The notes beneath the pieces were generated by a model. The model worked only from the letters and a program-made list of their open reading frames with translations, was not told the origin of the DNA and made no database searches. A DNA stretch of 62,238 nucleotides, the filler included, from Chiloscyllium plagiosum (Eukaryota), in assembly GCF_004010195.1 (NCBI RefSeq). It is 4 parts of one record of this genome, joined end to end, with 100 filler letters (N's around TTAATTAATTAA, not from the genome) between each part and the next. Parts side by side here need not be neighbours in the genome. Positions count along the whole stretch, not along the records: positions 43,244 to 54,593 come from NC_057714.1; positions 54,694 to 62,238 come from NC_057714.1; 2 more parts are not named here. The stretch is one strand, 5' to 3'. The stretch's first letter is position 1. The number at the start of each line of letters is the position of its first letter. Shown here piece after piece: positions 47,531 to 60,219 of this stretch. A program made the position numbers and the translations under genes.

Positions 47531-49654
47531 TCCTCTCTAAAGCGTCCACATCCTTTTGGTAACGTGGCGACCAGAACTCTACACAGTATTCTAAATGCAG
47601 CCAAACCAATGTCTTGTACAATTTTAACATGACCTGCCAGCTCTTATACTCAATACCCCGTTCGATGAAGGCAAGCATACTGTATGCCTTCTTGACCACT
47701 CTATCCACCTGTGCAGCAACCTTCAGGTACAATGGACCTGAACTCCCATCAACTTTTCCCTCCTACAGGATGTAACCTTATATGCCTCTATCTAAGCACC
47801 CTATGATCTGTATGTCCTTGTATGTTATCATCTGCCCCTAATGCATGCAAAATAAAACTTTTCACTGTAATTAGGTATATGTGACAATAAATCAAAATCA
47901 AATCAAATCTCTGTTGCACTCCCTCTATGGTAATTACAACCCTCCTTAGACAAAGAGACCAAAACAGTACACTTCAGGTTCCACCAAAGCTCTGTACAAC
48001 TGCAACAGGATATCTTTATTGCTGGTCTCTAACCCCTGGAAATAAATAACAACATTTTGTTTACTTTCATAATTTCTCACTCACTGTGCAGCTTCTGAGC
48101 TTGGAGTTGAGTTTAGTTGGAACTTGTTTGATGCTTGAAGTGAAGACAGTCACTGACGAGAAACACTGAATAGATCACTGCCGAGGGAGAGGATGGTTCT
48201 CTTTGCAGTTGTTGATCCTTTGAGTCTCTAACTGGTCAAACTGTTTCCCACACCATTTATTTCATTACTTTTTTCTCTATGGGTCACCCAGCATGTATTG
48301 CAGGCAGATGTAGTTGGATGGTTATATGCATTTTCATGCCTTCACTTGAGCATATGCCAAACTTGTTTGCATGTCTTCGATATTCCATTAACCTTTTGAG
48401 AGCTCTCGAATGATCTCTCCCTTCAAATAACTGTAATACAGTACATTCATTGGCACGGTCACAACGTGGGCACCACATGCATGGTATTCCTAACCATTAC
48501 TATTGTTGCTGCCTGACTCATTTTGAATTGTGTAATAGCAACAACAGTATGTTGCATTTAGGTTGTTAAGTCGATATTTTAATATAATTCACTTAGAGTT
48601 TGGGTTTTGAATTAGTGGCATGTGAGTTTTAGTCTGAGTGTCTGAAAACATTTAATGATTAATTTGTAAGAAATTTTGTAGCCATGCTGATTTTTTCTTA
48701 ATACACAGGCATAGTTTGTAGATACTATTAGCAAATTGTTTGCCTTGTGAGAGAGAGAGAAAACAATTGAAAGGCAATCATGCACTAGACTTTCTGACAG
48801 AAGATTCTGGAATTAGTTTTGGCTTAGGAGAAGCACTAATAGTTTTAAAGTTTCAGTTTGACAGTTTTATAGAAGTTTAGGCTGAAGCTGGTGTGTAAAA
48901 CAGTAAAATCTCCTGAGAAAGGAAAGTAGCTCAGGACTGTTAAGAAATAGCTTACCTCAGTTTGAATAAAATTAAAAATCACACAATAGCAAGTTATAAT
49001 GCTTCCAAATAAACCTGTTGGACTATAACCTGGCGTTGCATGATTTTTAACTTTGTTGACCCCAGGCACCTCCACATCAGTTTGAATAGACAAGTTTAAA
49101 AGTTCCAAACCTGAAAGAGTTAATTGAAATGGAGAAAGTTTAAGCTCAGTTGTATGGTTAAATAAAATAAAAATAAATATCCATCAAGCCAGACCTCAGT
49201 CTGTAAAATGACACTTGCTGTAAATCATCAACGGGAATCATGACAGTATCACATTTTACAAAATAAGATGTCACAAGGCACTTCACAGGATTGCAACCAA
49301 ACCGAATCTGACATGGATCACATAAAGCTGAGTGGTATTATCACTAGACTATTAATCCAGGAACATGGATAATGTTCTGGGGACCTGCTACGGCAGATAG
49401 TGGAATTTGACTTCTATAGAATATCTGGAATTAAGAGTCTAATGGTGACCATGACACCATTGTTGATTGTTGTAAAAAGCCACCTGGCTCAATAATGTCT
49501 TTTAGGGAAGGAAATCTACCCTCCTTATCTAATCTAGACAAGCAGGAGGCTGGAAGAACACAGCAAGCTAGGTAGCATCAAGAGCGGATGAAGTTGACAT
49601 TTTGGGTATATCCTTTCTTCAGGTTACCCCCGAAACATCGACTTCTCCACCTCC

Positions 49655-52600
49655 TGTGGCTTACCTACCATTTGGCATGTATGACACATACGGCAAAAGT
49701 TAACCATATCCTTATGCAGTCCAGGCCAAAAATGTTTTTGTACCTTAGCCTGAGTCTTTTGTACCCCTAGGTGACCTCCTATAGATAGTTCATGTGCTAC
49801 CCGTAATATCTCCTATCTTTATGCTACCAGCAACGCAATCTGGTGCACTTCAGCCCATTTCTCCTCTGAACTAACCTGCCATGGTCTCCATTTTCATCTG
49901 AGGATTCTAACTATAAGATAATAACCATCAAGAATACATTCTGATTCCATTTCTGAGTATGCATCAACATATATATCTTTTATCGTCTTGTCTTTCTGTT
50001 GCAAGTCCCGTACCCTTTCAGGACTAAACACTTCTGTCTGGCCCACTGCCTGTTCAGGTTTTTCCTGCACCATTACATCAAACAGGGTGCCCACTAACTG
50101 AACTTTAACTCCTTCACCTTTCTCTTTAGTGTTTGCTTCTTGTTGTGACTTACGATATTGGGATCTTGTCACTACACAGTCTGGAAAAATTCCAGAGCAC
50201 GTTCCTCATTTTCCTGGTCTTCCTGGGCTTCTCCACAATAAGGGATGTCACTCCCACCTTGGACCCTGCTAAATAATTCCCAAGAATAAACTTGATTCCT
50301 GGAACTGACACTCTGTCAATCACTCCCACTCTTACTTCCCCAGTCTTGAGATGACTCTCCAACCTGATCTTATATAGGGGAACACTAAATTTCTGTCCAT
50401 CTATTCTACAAATTACTACACTCTTGGGTAATGTCAGAAAGAATGCAAATACATTCATCTCTTACTGTCAGAGACTGGTTAGATCCTGTATCTCTCAAAA
50501 TGATAACTTCTTTCTCTTCTCCCCTTGTCCTTCCTGAGTAAACCTTATCCATAAGGGCAAAGTCTTATGATAGTGGGATCTTGTTACTACACAGTCTGGG
50601 AAAATACCATGATATTTTTCTTTTAACTCCTCAGTTTCCTGGTCTTCCTTAGGCTTTTCCACAACAAGGGGTGTCACTCCCACCTTGGACCCTGCTCAAT
50701 CATTCCCAAGAATGAACTGGATTCCTGGAACTGACACTCTGTCAATTACTCCCAGTGTTACTTCGCCAGTCCTGTGTTGGCACTCCAACCTGATCTTACA
50801 TAGGGGAAAGCTAAATTTCTGCCCATCTATCCCTCAAATTACCACACTCTCGGGTAACAGGTCAGAAAGAGTGCAAATTCATTAATCTCTTACTATTAGA
50901 GACTGGTTAGATCCTGTATCTCTCAAAATGATAACTTCTTTCTCTTCTCCCCTGTTCTTTCTGAGTAAACTTTACCCACAGAGGCAAATTCTTTGTAGAG
51001 ATCAGGCAGTAACTCCGTATTCAGCCTCTGCCTAGGCTGTGCATGCTCCTACAGCTTCTTGGCTTTTCTTGGGGTTTCCTTTCCTACTTTCACTAATGCC
51101 ACTGGCTTAGCTTCTTTGACCACATCTTTTCCCACAGTGGCTTTCTTTAATGACCAGCACTATGACTTTACGTGCCCCACTTTACCACAGTGGAAACACT
51201 AAAGGCCCTTCACCTCCTTTTCACCCTCTTGGTCTTCATTTTTAACCTGTGCTAAACTATTAGTGTGCTCTACTCTTTGTTTTGTATGGTTAAACAAAAT
51301 AAATAAACATATCCTTCAAGCCAGACCTCAGTCTGTAAAAGGACACTTACAGTAAATCATCAACTGGAATCATGACAGTATAACATTTTACAAAATAAAA
51401 TGTTACAAGGCACTTCACAGGATTGCAACCAAACCAAATCTGACATGGATCACATAAAGCTGAGTGGTATTATCACTAGACTATTAATCCAGGAACACGG
51501 GTAATGCTCTGGGGACCTGCGTTCAATCCTACTAAGGTAGATAGTGGAACTTGACTTCAATAAACTATTTGGAATTAAGAGTCTAATGATGACCATGGCA
51601 CCATTGTCGATTGTTGTAAAGGATTTCCCCTTCTCCCAATTTCTATGCCTCTCAGGATGAAGTTCTTGCTGGAAGCTAAATTTCACCTTATGCACCAATG
51701 TGTATTCATCTGCTATCTCTGCTGCTCTTCTCACTTCTTGAACTTTCTGGTCATCTATGTGAATTCTGGAAGTGTTTTTAAACTCCTCCAGCAGAATAAT
51801 CTCTCTTCGAGACTCATAGGTCTTATCTCTTTTTAAGGCTGCACCCATCTATCAAAATGAATATGTTTAATTCTTTCAAACTTAACGTAAGTCTGACCTG
51901 GTTCCTTCTTTGTGTTTCTGAACTGCTGTCTATATGCTTCTTGTACCAATTCATAAGCACTTAAAATAGCCTGTTTAACCTCTTCGTAATCTCTTGACCC
52001 CTCATCTGACAGCGCGGTAAACACCTCACCAGCTCTGCCACCAACTTAGTCTGAACTACCATTACCTACATGTTCTCTGACAACTCCATTTGCTGAGCCA
52101 ATTTTTCAGATGAAATAAAGAAGGCTTCGACATCTTTCTCATCAAATGTGGCAATGTTTTAACATATTTGTACACATCACTACCTTATCCAGCTTTAGGC
52201 AACTGTCTGTGTGGAGTTTGCACAATCCCCCAGTGTCTGCGTGGGTTTCCTCCGGGTGCTCCGGTTTCCTCCCACAGTCCAAAGATGCGCAGGTTAGATG
52301 AATTGACCATGCTAACTTGCCCATAGTGTTAGGTGCATTAGTCAGAGGGAAATAGGACTGGGTGGGTTACACTTCGGAGGGTCGATGTGGACTTGTTGGG
52401 CAGAAGGGCCTGTTTCCACACTGTAGTGAATCTAATTGAATCTAATCTCTTCATGTCCATCCTGTTAACTTCACTTTCTAACTAATTCACAACTTCTGAA
52501 GTTCAAATTCTCTCTCCCTTTCTCTCTCTCTCTCTTTGGTCAGCTAAGAACCTTCTCTCTCTTTTTCCTCTCTCTTTTTCTTCTCTCTTTCTCTTTCTTC

Positions 52601-53749
52601 TCTCATTGCTCTTCTTTCCCTTTCTTTATCGTTTAACTCCATTTCACCTCAATTGCAATTTAAGTTTTTTTCTATACTGCACTTGTCTGTTTCTCTGATA
52701 CACCTAAGTGCTTGACTAACTCCATTACAATTTCAGCTTTCCCTTTGTCCCTGGTTAAACCCAATTCTAACCTATTTGCTAATTCTAAAAGTATTTCCTT
52801 TTTCTGTCTTTCTAAACTTTCTTGGAAAATTTAGGAAGCATCTTCAAACCCCAGAACCTCTTTAACAATTCTAAGAGCAATTTCTCTCACTTTTAATTTA
52901 ACCAACCACAAGTAACCAAAATTAAACAAATTGTCTCACCTACGTTTTATTTAAAGATCTAGGACACTAATTGGCAAGTGTTTAAATCTGCTGGGATCTT
53001 TCGTATGCCAAATCTCTGACTAGATCTGACTAAACCCGTCCAAATCTTGGACCTGACCCCCCAAACTTTTATGAAATGGGGTGAACCCTCTGTTAATTAA
53101 GCCAAACACCCAGAAAAGCTCAACTCCCTCTTAATCTATTAAAGTATGAGTGACAGAGAACTCCCAAATTTCACTATTCAAGAAAGTAATATCAATTTAT
53201 TCCTTAACTCTAAAAGTGAATATTAAACAGCAATTATTCACAACTCTAAGCATCCCTTTCTCTTAACTGCTTATTACCTGCCTCCTACTCTATAATGACA
53301 TACTATTCCAATAAAACACTTACTAAAATTACATCAATTTAATTTCAAAACAATACAGCAACTGTCATCTTTGCTGTCTTTCTTCTTCTGGCTGAGCATC
53401 TCCCTGGGTTGTCTTCTTTATTTTTACTGTGAATATGTTTCAGATGAAAAGGTACCTTTGATAGAGAGTGTTTCAATATCTTGGGTCTCTCTCAATGGCA
53501 GTTGCTCTGTCTGATTTTCAAACTGCCTGCCTTTTTTATATCCCCAATATTGGATCATCTCATTGGTTCGTTGTGGCAAAATAATAATTCAAACTTGATT
53601 GGGTTTTAGTATCCTGGGGCATAAATTAAACTGATTGGTTGAATTCGAATTGTTGTCAAAACAGCAACAAACAAATTTTCTAGTCCACTCTGAGACTGCT
53701 CTTGTAAGCTCTCAGTGCAAAACAGCATTCACTCTCTCTTAAAGGTACA
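49655..53749 (-). mobile_element. Gypsy LTR retrotransposon, Gmr1-like (5'LTR-PBS-gag-protease-integrase N-terminus), decayed
   Basis: LTR ~53068-53749 starting TGTACC; degenerate tRNA-Pro-like PBS TGGGGGGTCAGGTCCAAGAT; gag DYEEVKQAILSAYELVQEAYRQQFR..LLEEFK..AAEIADEY; knuckle CFHCGKVGHVKS*C (51151-51207); protease ILRDTGSNQSL; integrase AHELSIGGHLG..FWPGL..CHTCQ (49655-49810). Confidence 0.85.
52195..52446 (+). mobile_element. 5'-truncated SINE inserted in Gypsy gag
   Basis: SINE body plus ATCTA tail. Confidence 0.8.
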
Positions 53750-54175
53750 GTAGAAGCCTTCAACTTCATAACAGGGGCAGATTCTGACCTACTGTTGGGA
53801 AATAGAGCAGGACAGGTGATGAAGGTGACAGTGGGGGAGCTCTTTGGGACCAGTGGCCATAGTTCTATTAATTTTAAAATAACTACAGAGAGGGACAAAA
53901 CTGATCTACAGGTTTATGTTCTAAACTGGGGCAAAGTGAATTTTGATGGACAGATATCAGAGATAGTTTCTTTACTCAGAGAGTAGGTGGGGCGTGGAAT
54001 GCACTGCCTGCAACAATAGTAGACTCGCCAACTTTAAGGGCATTTAAACGGTCATTGGATAGACATAAGGATGAAAATGGAATAGTGTAGGTTAGATGGG
54101 CTTCAGATTGGTTCGACAAGTCCGTGCAGCATTGAGGGCCCAAGGACCTGTACTGCGCTGTAATATTCTGAACTC
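53750..54175 (+). mobile_element. CR1 fragments
   Basis: ILDLLLGN..GTSGH, FFTQR..WNALP, 3'UTR. Confidence 0.75.
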
Positions 54176-54854
54176 TACTCTAGGTGTTGTGCTTTTTGAA
54201 ACTTGCAAATGAGTGCTTTATGCTGAATGGAGTTATATTTATATTTGTGTTGTAAATCTTTGATTTATCAGAAAATTTATTGGTTCCTTCAATTTTATCT
54301 TTATTTATTTTGTTAAGAAACTTCTGTTTTATTGTAAACCAAAATCTGCATTATTATTGGCGTATGTTTCAGTGAGAGGTCTTCTTGTTAAAACCAACAC
54401 AAAACAAATTATAATCTATCAAGCCAGATTTCTGTTTGGGATCTGACTGGTCTAGTAATAACATCAGTTGGGTTTCAAACTGTAGGAAGGGAGTAAGAAT
54501 ATTGATTCTGGATCAGTGGTGCTGGAAGAGCACAGCAGTTCAGGCAGTATCCAAGGAGCAGCGAAATTGACATTTCGGGCAAAAGCCCTTCATNNNNNNN
54601 NNNNNNNNNNNNNNNNNNNNNNNNNNNNNNNNNNNNNTTAATTAATTAANNNNNNNNNNNNNNNNNNNNNNNNNNNNNNNNNNNNNNNNNNNNTATCTCG
54701 TTTCTGAAGGCTTCCCATTTTCCAGCCATCCCTTTACCTGCGAACATCTGCCTCCAATCAGCTTTCGAAAGTTCTTGCCTAATACCGTCAAAATTGGCCT
54801 TTCTCCAATTTAGAACTTCAACTTTTAGATCTGGTCTATCCTTTTTATTAGGAG

Positions 54855-57300
54855 TTTCCTACAGCTCTTCCAATAACAACACAGACACAGAGGAGCAGAA
54901 TGGGAGGCAGATTTTGGAAAGGTGTAGAAGTAATAGGGTTGTTGACATGGGTGACTTTAACTTCCCTAATATTGATTGGAACGTCCTTATTTCAAATAGT
55001 TTGGATGGAGCAGTTTTTGTCAGGTGTGTCCAGGAAGGCTTCCTGACACGTTATGTAAATAGGTGTACTAGAGGGGAGGCCATACTGGATTTGGTGCTTG
55101 GCAACAAACCGTGCCAGGTGTCAGTTCTCTGAGTGGGAGAGCATTTCAATGATAGTGAACACAACTCCATGACCTTTAGTATATTCTTGGAGAGCAATAG
55201 GAGCAGATGGTGTGGGTAAATATTTAATTGGGAGAGGGGAAATTACAATGCTATTACGCAGGAATGGCAGTGCCTAAATCGGGAACAAAGGTCCTCAGGG
55301 AAATGCATAACAGAAGAGTGGAGGTTGTTTTTTTCAAAGCATCTGCTGATTGTGCTGGACAGGTTTGTCTCACAAGGAAGGGATAGTAGGCTGAAAGAAC
55401 CTTGGGTGACAAGGGATGTGGATCATCTAGTCAAGATGAAGAAGGAAGCCGACTTAAGGTTGAGGAGGTGAGGATCAGACAGGGATCTAGAGGGTTACAA
55501 GGAAAGAACTGAAGAATGGACTTAGGAGGGATAGAAGGGGACATGAAAAAGCTTTAGCGAGTAGGATTAAGTAAAATCCAAAAGTGTTCTACACTTTCGT
55601 GGCCAGAGTGAGGGTAGGGCCAATCAGGGATAGTGGAGGGAATTTGTGCCGAGAGTTGGAAGAGGTAGGCGTGGTCCTTAATGAATACTTTGCTTCAGTG
55701 TTCACTACTGAGAGGGACCTTGACATTTTTGAGGACAGCGTGAAATAGACTGATATGTCAAACAGGTTGATGTTAGAAAGGAGGATGTGCTGAAAATTTT
55801 GTAAAACATAAGGATAGATAAATCCCCTGGGCCAGATAGGATATACCCAAGGTTACTACAGGAAGTGAGGGAAAAGATTGCTGTGCCTTTGGTGATGATC
55901 TTTGTGTCCTCACTGTCCACTGGAACAATGCCAGATGATTGGAGGGCGATTTTCCCTTCCTCCAGAAAGTGAATAGGGATAATCTTGGGAATTACAGACC
56001 AGTGAGTCTTACGGCAGTGGTGGGCAAAGTATTGGAGAGGAATCTGAGAGACAGATTTATGATTACTTAGAAAACCAAAATTCGATTAGAGATAATCAGT
56101 ATAAGGCCATGCCTCACAAATCTTATTGAAGTCTTTGAGGATGCAACAAAACACATTGATGAAGGTAGACCAGTGGATGTGGTGTACATGGATTTTAGCA
56201 AGGCAACTGATAATGTTCCCCATGCTAGGCTGATTCAGAAAGTAAGGAGGGATGGGATACAAGGAAATCTGTCTGTCTGAATATAGAATTGGCTGGCTCA
56301 TAGAAGACAGAGGGTGGCGGTGGATGGAAAGCAGTCAGCCTGGAGCTCGGTGACCAGTGGGATCGGTTCTGGGATCTGTGCTCTTTGTGATCTTTATAAT
56401 TGACTTGGATGAGGAAGTGGAAGGGTGGGTTAGTAAGTTTGCCGAAGACATGAAGGTTGGTGGAACTATGGATAGTGTGGAGGGCTGTTGTAGGTTGCAA
56501 CGGGACATTGACAGAATGCAGAACTGAGCTGATAAGTGACAAATGGAATTCAACCTGGAAAAATGAGAAGTCATTCACTTTGGAAGGTCGCATTTGAATG
56601 CAGAATACAGGGTAAAAGGCAGGATTCTTGGTAGTGTGGAAGAACAGAGGGTTCTTGGGGTGCATGTCCACAGATCCCTCAAAGCTGCCACCCATGTTGA
56701 TAGAGTTGTCAAGAAGGTGTATGGTGTGTTGGCTTTCATTAGCATGGGTTTTGAGTTTAAGAGTCATAAGGTTCTGCTGCAGCTCTGCAGAGCCCTGGTT
56801 AGACAACACTTGGAATATTATGTTTAGTCGCCTCATTATAGGAAAGATGTGGAAGCTTTAGAGAGGGTGCAGAGGAGAGATTTACCAGGATGCTGCCTGG
56901 ACTGGAGGGCATGTCTTATGAAGAAAGGCTGAGGGAGCTAGGGCTTTTCTCATTGGAGCGAAGAAGGATGTGAGGTGACTTGATAGATGTTGAGAGGCAC
57001 CGATAGAGTGGATAGCCAGAGACTTTTTCCCATGACAGAAATGTCTATCGTGAAGAGGCAGGTTTAAGGGAGATGTCAGAGGTAGGTTCTTTACACAGAG
57101 AGTGGTGGGTGTGTGGAATGCACTGCCAGCGGTGGTAATAGAGTCAGATACTTTAGGCACATTTAAGCTACTCTTAGATAGGCACATGGAAGATAGTACA
57201 ATGAAGGGTATGTCGGTTCATCTGATCTTAGAGTAGGATTGAAGGCTGGCACAACATCGAGGGCCAACAGGCCTGTACTGTGCTGTACTGTTCTATGTTC
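54855..57300 (+). mobile_element. CR1 ORF2 (endonuclease to 3' end), frameshifted
   Basis: MGDFNFP, ILDLVLGN, DFSKA.D.VPH, tail tgtactgttctatgttc. Confidence 0.9.
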
Positions 57301-57529
57301 CTACCATTAAGTGCATATGTCCTGCTGTGATTTGCCTTTGCAAAATGACATTTATCTAAATTAAACTCTATCTGCCACTCCTCCGACCATTGGCCCATCT
57401 GATCATGATCCCATTGTACTCTGAGGTGACCTTCTTCGCTGTCCACAACACCTCCAATTTTGGTGTCATCTGCAAATGTACTAACCATACTCCTATGTTC
57501 ACATGCAAATTATTATTTGTCCTTCCCAT

Positions 57530-59995
57530 TATATAATTTGGTGGACAATTAAACAACTCACTGGATCCTCAATGATGGAGGAGCCCAGTACATGAGTGCA
57601 AAAGATAAGGCTGATGCATTCGCAACAATCTCCAGTGGATGATCCATTTCGGGCTCCTCCAGTGGTCCCCAGTATCACAGATACCAGTCTCCAGCCAATG
57701 TGAATCACTCCCTGTGACATCAAGAAATGGCTGGAGGCACTGGATATTGCAAAGGCAATAGGCCCCGATAACATTCCAGCAATAGTACTGACGATATGTG
57801 CTCCAGAACTTGCCGTTCCCCTAGCCAAGCTGTTCCAGTACAGTTACTACACTGGCATCTACCCGACAACGTGGAAACTTGCCCAGGTATATCCTGTACA
57901 CAAAAAACAGGACAAATCCAACCCGGCCAATTACTGCCCAAACAGTTTACTTTCGATCCTCAGTAAAGTGATGGACGGTGTCAGTAACAGAGCTATCAAG
58001 CAGCACCTGCTCAGCAATAACCTGCTCAGTGACGCCCAGTTTGGGTTCCCCCAGGGTCACTCAGATCCTGACCTCATTACAGCCTTGATTCAAACATGGA
58101 CAAAAGAGCTGGATTCCAGAGGGGAAGGAAGAGGGACGGCCCTTGAAATGAAGGCTGGATTCGACCAAGTGTGGCAGCAAGGAGCCTGAGCAAAACTGGA
58201 ATCAATGGGTATCAGGCGGCAAGCACTTCTCTGGTTAGAGTCCTATCTCGCACAAAGGAAAATGATTGTGGTTGTGGAAGGTCAGTCATCTCAGCCCCAG
58301 GACACCTCTGCAGGAGTCCCTCAGGGTAGTGTCCTCGGCCCAACCATCTGCAGCTGCTTCATCAATAACCTTCCCTCTGTCATAAGGTCAGAAGTGGGGA
58401 TGTTTGCTGATGATTGCACAGTGCTCAGCACCATTCGTGACTCCTCAGATACTGAAGCAGTCCGTGCCCAAATGCAACAAGATCTGGATAATATCGAGGC
58501 TTGGGCTGATAAGTGGCAAGTAACATTCGTGCCACACAAATGTCAAACAATGACCATCACCAATAAGTGCCAATCTAACCAATGCCCTTGATATTAGATT
58601 AGATTAGATTCCCTACAGTTTGGAAACAGGCCCTTCAGCCCAACAAGTCCACACCGACCCTCCGAAGAGTAACCCATCCAGAGTCTATGTGGGTTTCCTC
58701 CGGGTGCTCCGGTTTCCTCCCACAGTCCAAAGATGTGCAGGTTAGGTGAATTGGCCATGCTAAATTGCCCATAGTGTTAGGTAAGGGGTAAATGTAGGGG
58801 TATGGGTGGGTTGCGCTTCGGCGGGGCGGTGTGGACTTGTTGGGCTGAAGGGCCTGTTTCCACACTGTAAGTAATCTAATCTAATCTAATCTAATTAGTC
58901 ATTTCCTTCTGACTAATGCACCTAACACTGTGGGCAATTTAGCATGACCAATTCACCTGTCCTGCACATCTTTGGACTGTGGAAGGAAACCAGAGCACCC
59001 GGAGGAAACCCACATAGACACGGGGAGAACATGCAAACTCCGCACAGACAGTTGCCCGAGGCTGGAATTAAACCTGGGACCCTGGTGCTGTGAGGCAGCA
59101 GTGCTAACCAGTGAGCCACCGGGCTGTTACTAAATGAGATACACTTCCAAAAGAATCACTAAATATAACTTACTGCATCCTAAATACCTTGTAAAAATAT
59201 TTTGAAATGTTAAATACCATCATTGAATCCCCTCACCATCAACATCCTTGGGGTTACCATTGACCAGAAACTCAATTGGACTCGCCATATAAACACAGTG
59301 GCAACAAGAGCAGGTCAGAGACTAGGGTTAATGTGGCCAGTAGCTCACCTCCTGACACCTCTCTGCATTCTGGAGGCTCCCTGCCTCTATTCCTGATGAA
59401 GGGCTTTTGCCCAAAACGTCGATTTTCTTGCTCCTTGGATGCAGCACCACTCTGATATAAACTCCTGACAGCCCAAAGTCTATCCACCATCTACAAGGCA
59501 CAAATCAGGAGTGCAATGGAATATTCTCCACTTGCATGGATGTGTGCAGCCCCAACAACACTCAGGAAGCTTGACACCATCCAGAACAAAGCAACCCGCT
59601 TGATTGGCACCACATCCATAAACATTCAATCCCTCCACCACCAGCACTCAGTAGCAGCAGTGTATACTATCTACAAAATGTACAGCTGAAATTCACCAAA
59701 GATCCTTAGACAACACCTTCAAAACCTTAACCACTTCCATCTAGAAGGACAAGGACAACAGGTACTTGGGAACACCACCCCCTGCAAGTTCCCCTCCAAG
59801 CCACTCACCATCCTGACTTGGAAATATACTGCCATTCCTTCACAGTCGTCGAGTCAAAATCCTGGAATTCCCTGCCAACCGGCCTTGTGGGTCAACCCAC
59901 AGCAAGTTCAAGAAAGCACTCACTACCACCTTCTCAAGGGCAAATAGGGATGGGCTAGCAATGCTGGCTAGCCAGCGATGCCCAAGTCCCACAAA
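57530..59995 (+). mobile_element. Second-family CR1/L2-group LINE with nested SINEs and a Penelope fragment
   Basis: GVPQGSVLGPTICSCFINNL..MFADDCTV..WADKWQVTF; nested SINEs 58592-59120; Penelope piece ~59330-59455. Confidence 0.88.
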
Positions 59996-60219
59996 TAAAT
60001 TTAAAAAATACACATAAATGATGATAATCAATGGATCCAGCACTAATCCTTGTGTCACACCACTGATCATAGGCCTCCAGTCTGAAAGGCAACCCTCCAC
60101 CACCACCCTCTGTCTTCTACCTTCAAGCCAGTTCTGTATGCAAATGCCTTGCTGCATTTGGACATTGGCTGCTTCAGTGTGGAGCCAGGAATGGTGCTGA
60201 ACATTGTGCAATCATCGAC

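Larger units (their letters stand above)
45663..47758 (-). mobile_element. CR1 3' fragment nested in the Rex1 element, itself interrupted twice
   Basis: Tail aagaacatagaaa at 45672; RT pieces 47052-47338 and 47530-47745. Confidence 0.8.
44875..47908 (+). mobile_element. Rex1/Babar-type LINE (44875-45662 + ~47760-47908) split by nested insertions
   Basis: LCNWILSF..RPQSVKI, WCKEDNLSLNVSETKELIIDFRKK, VKFLGV; tail AATAAATCAAAATCAAATCAAAT. Confidence 0.75.
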
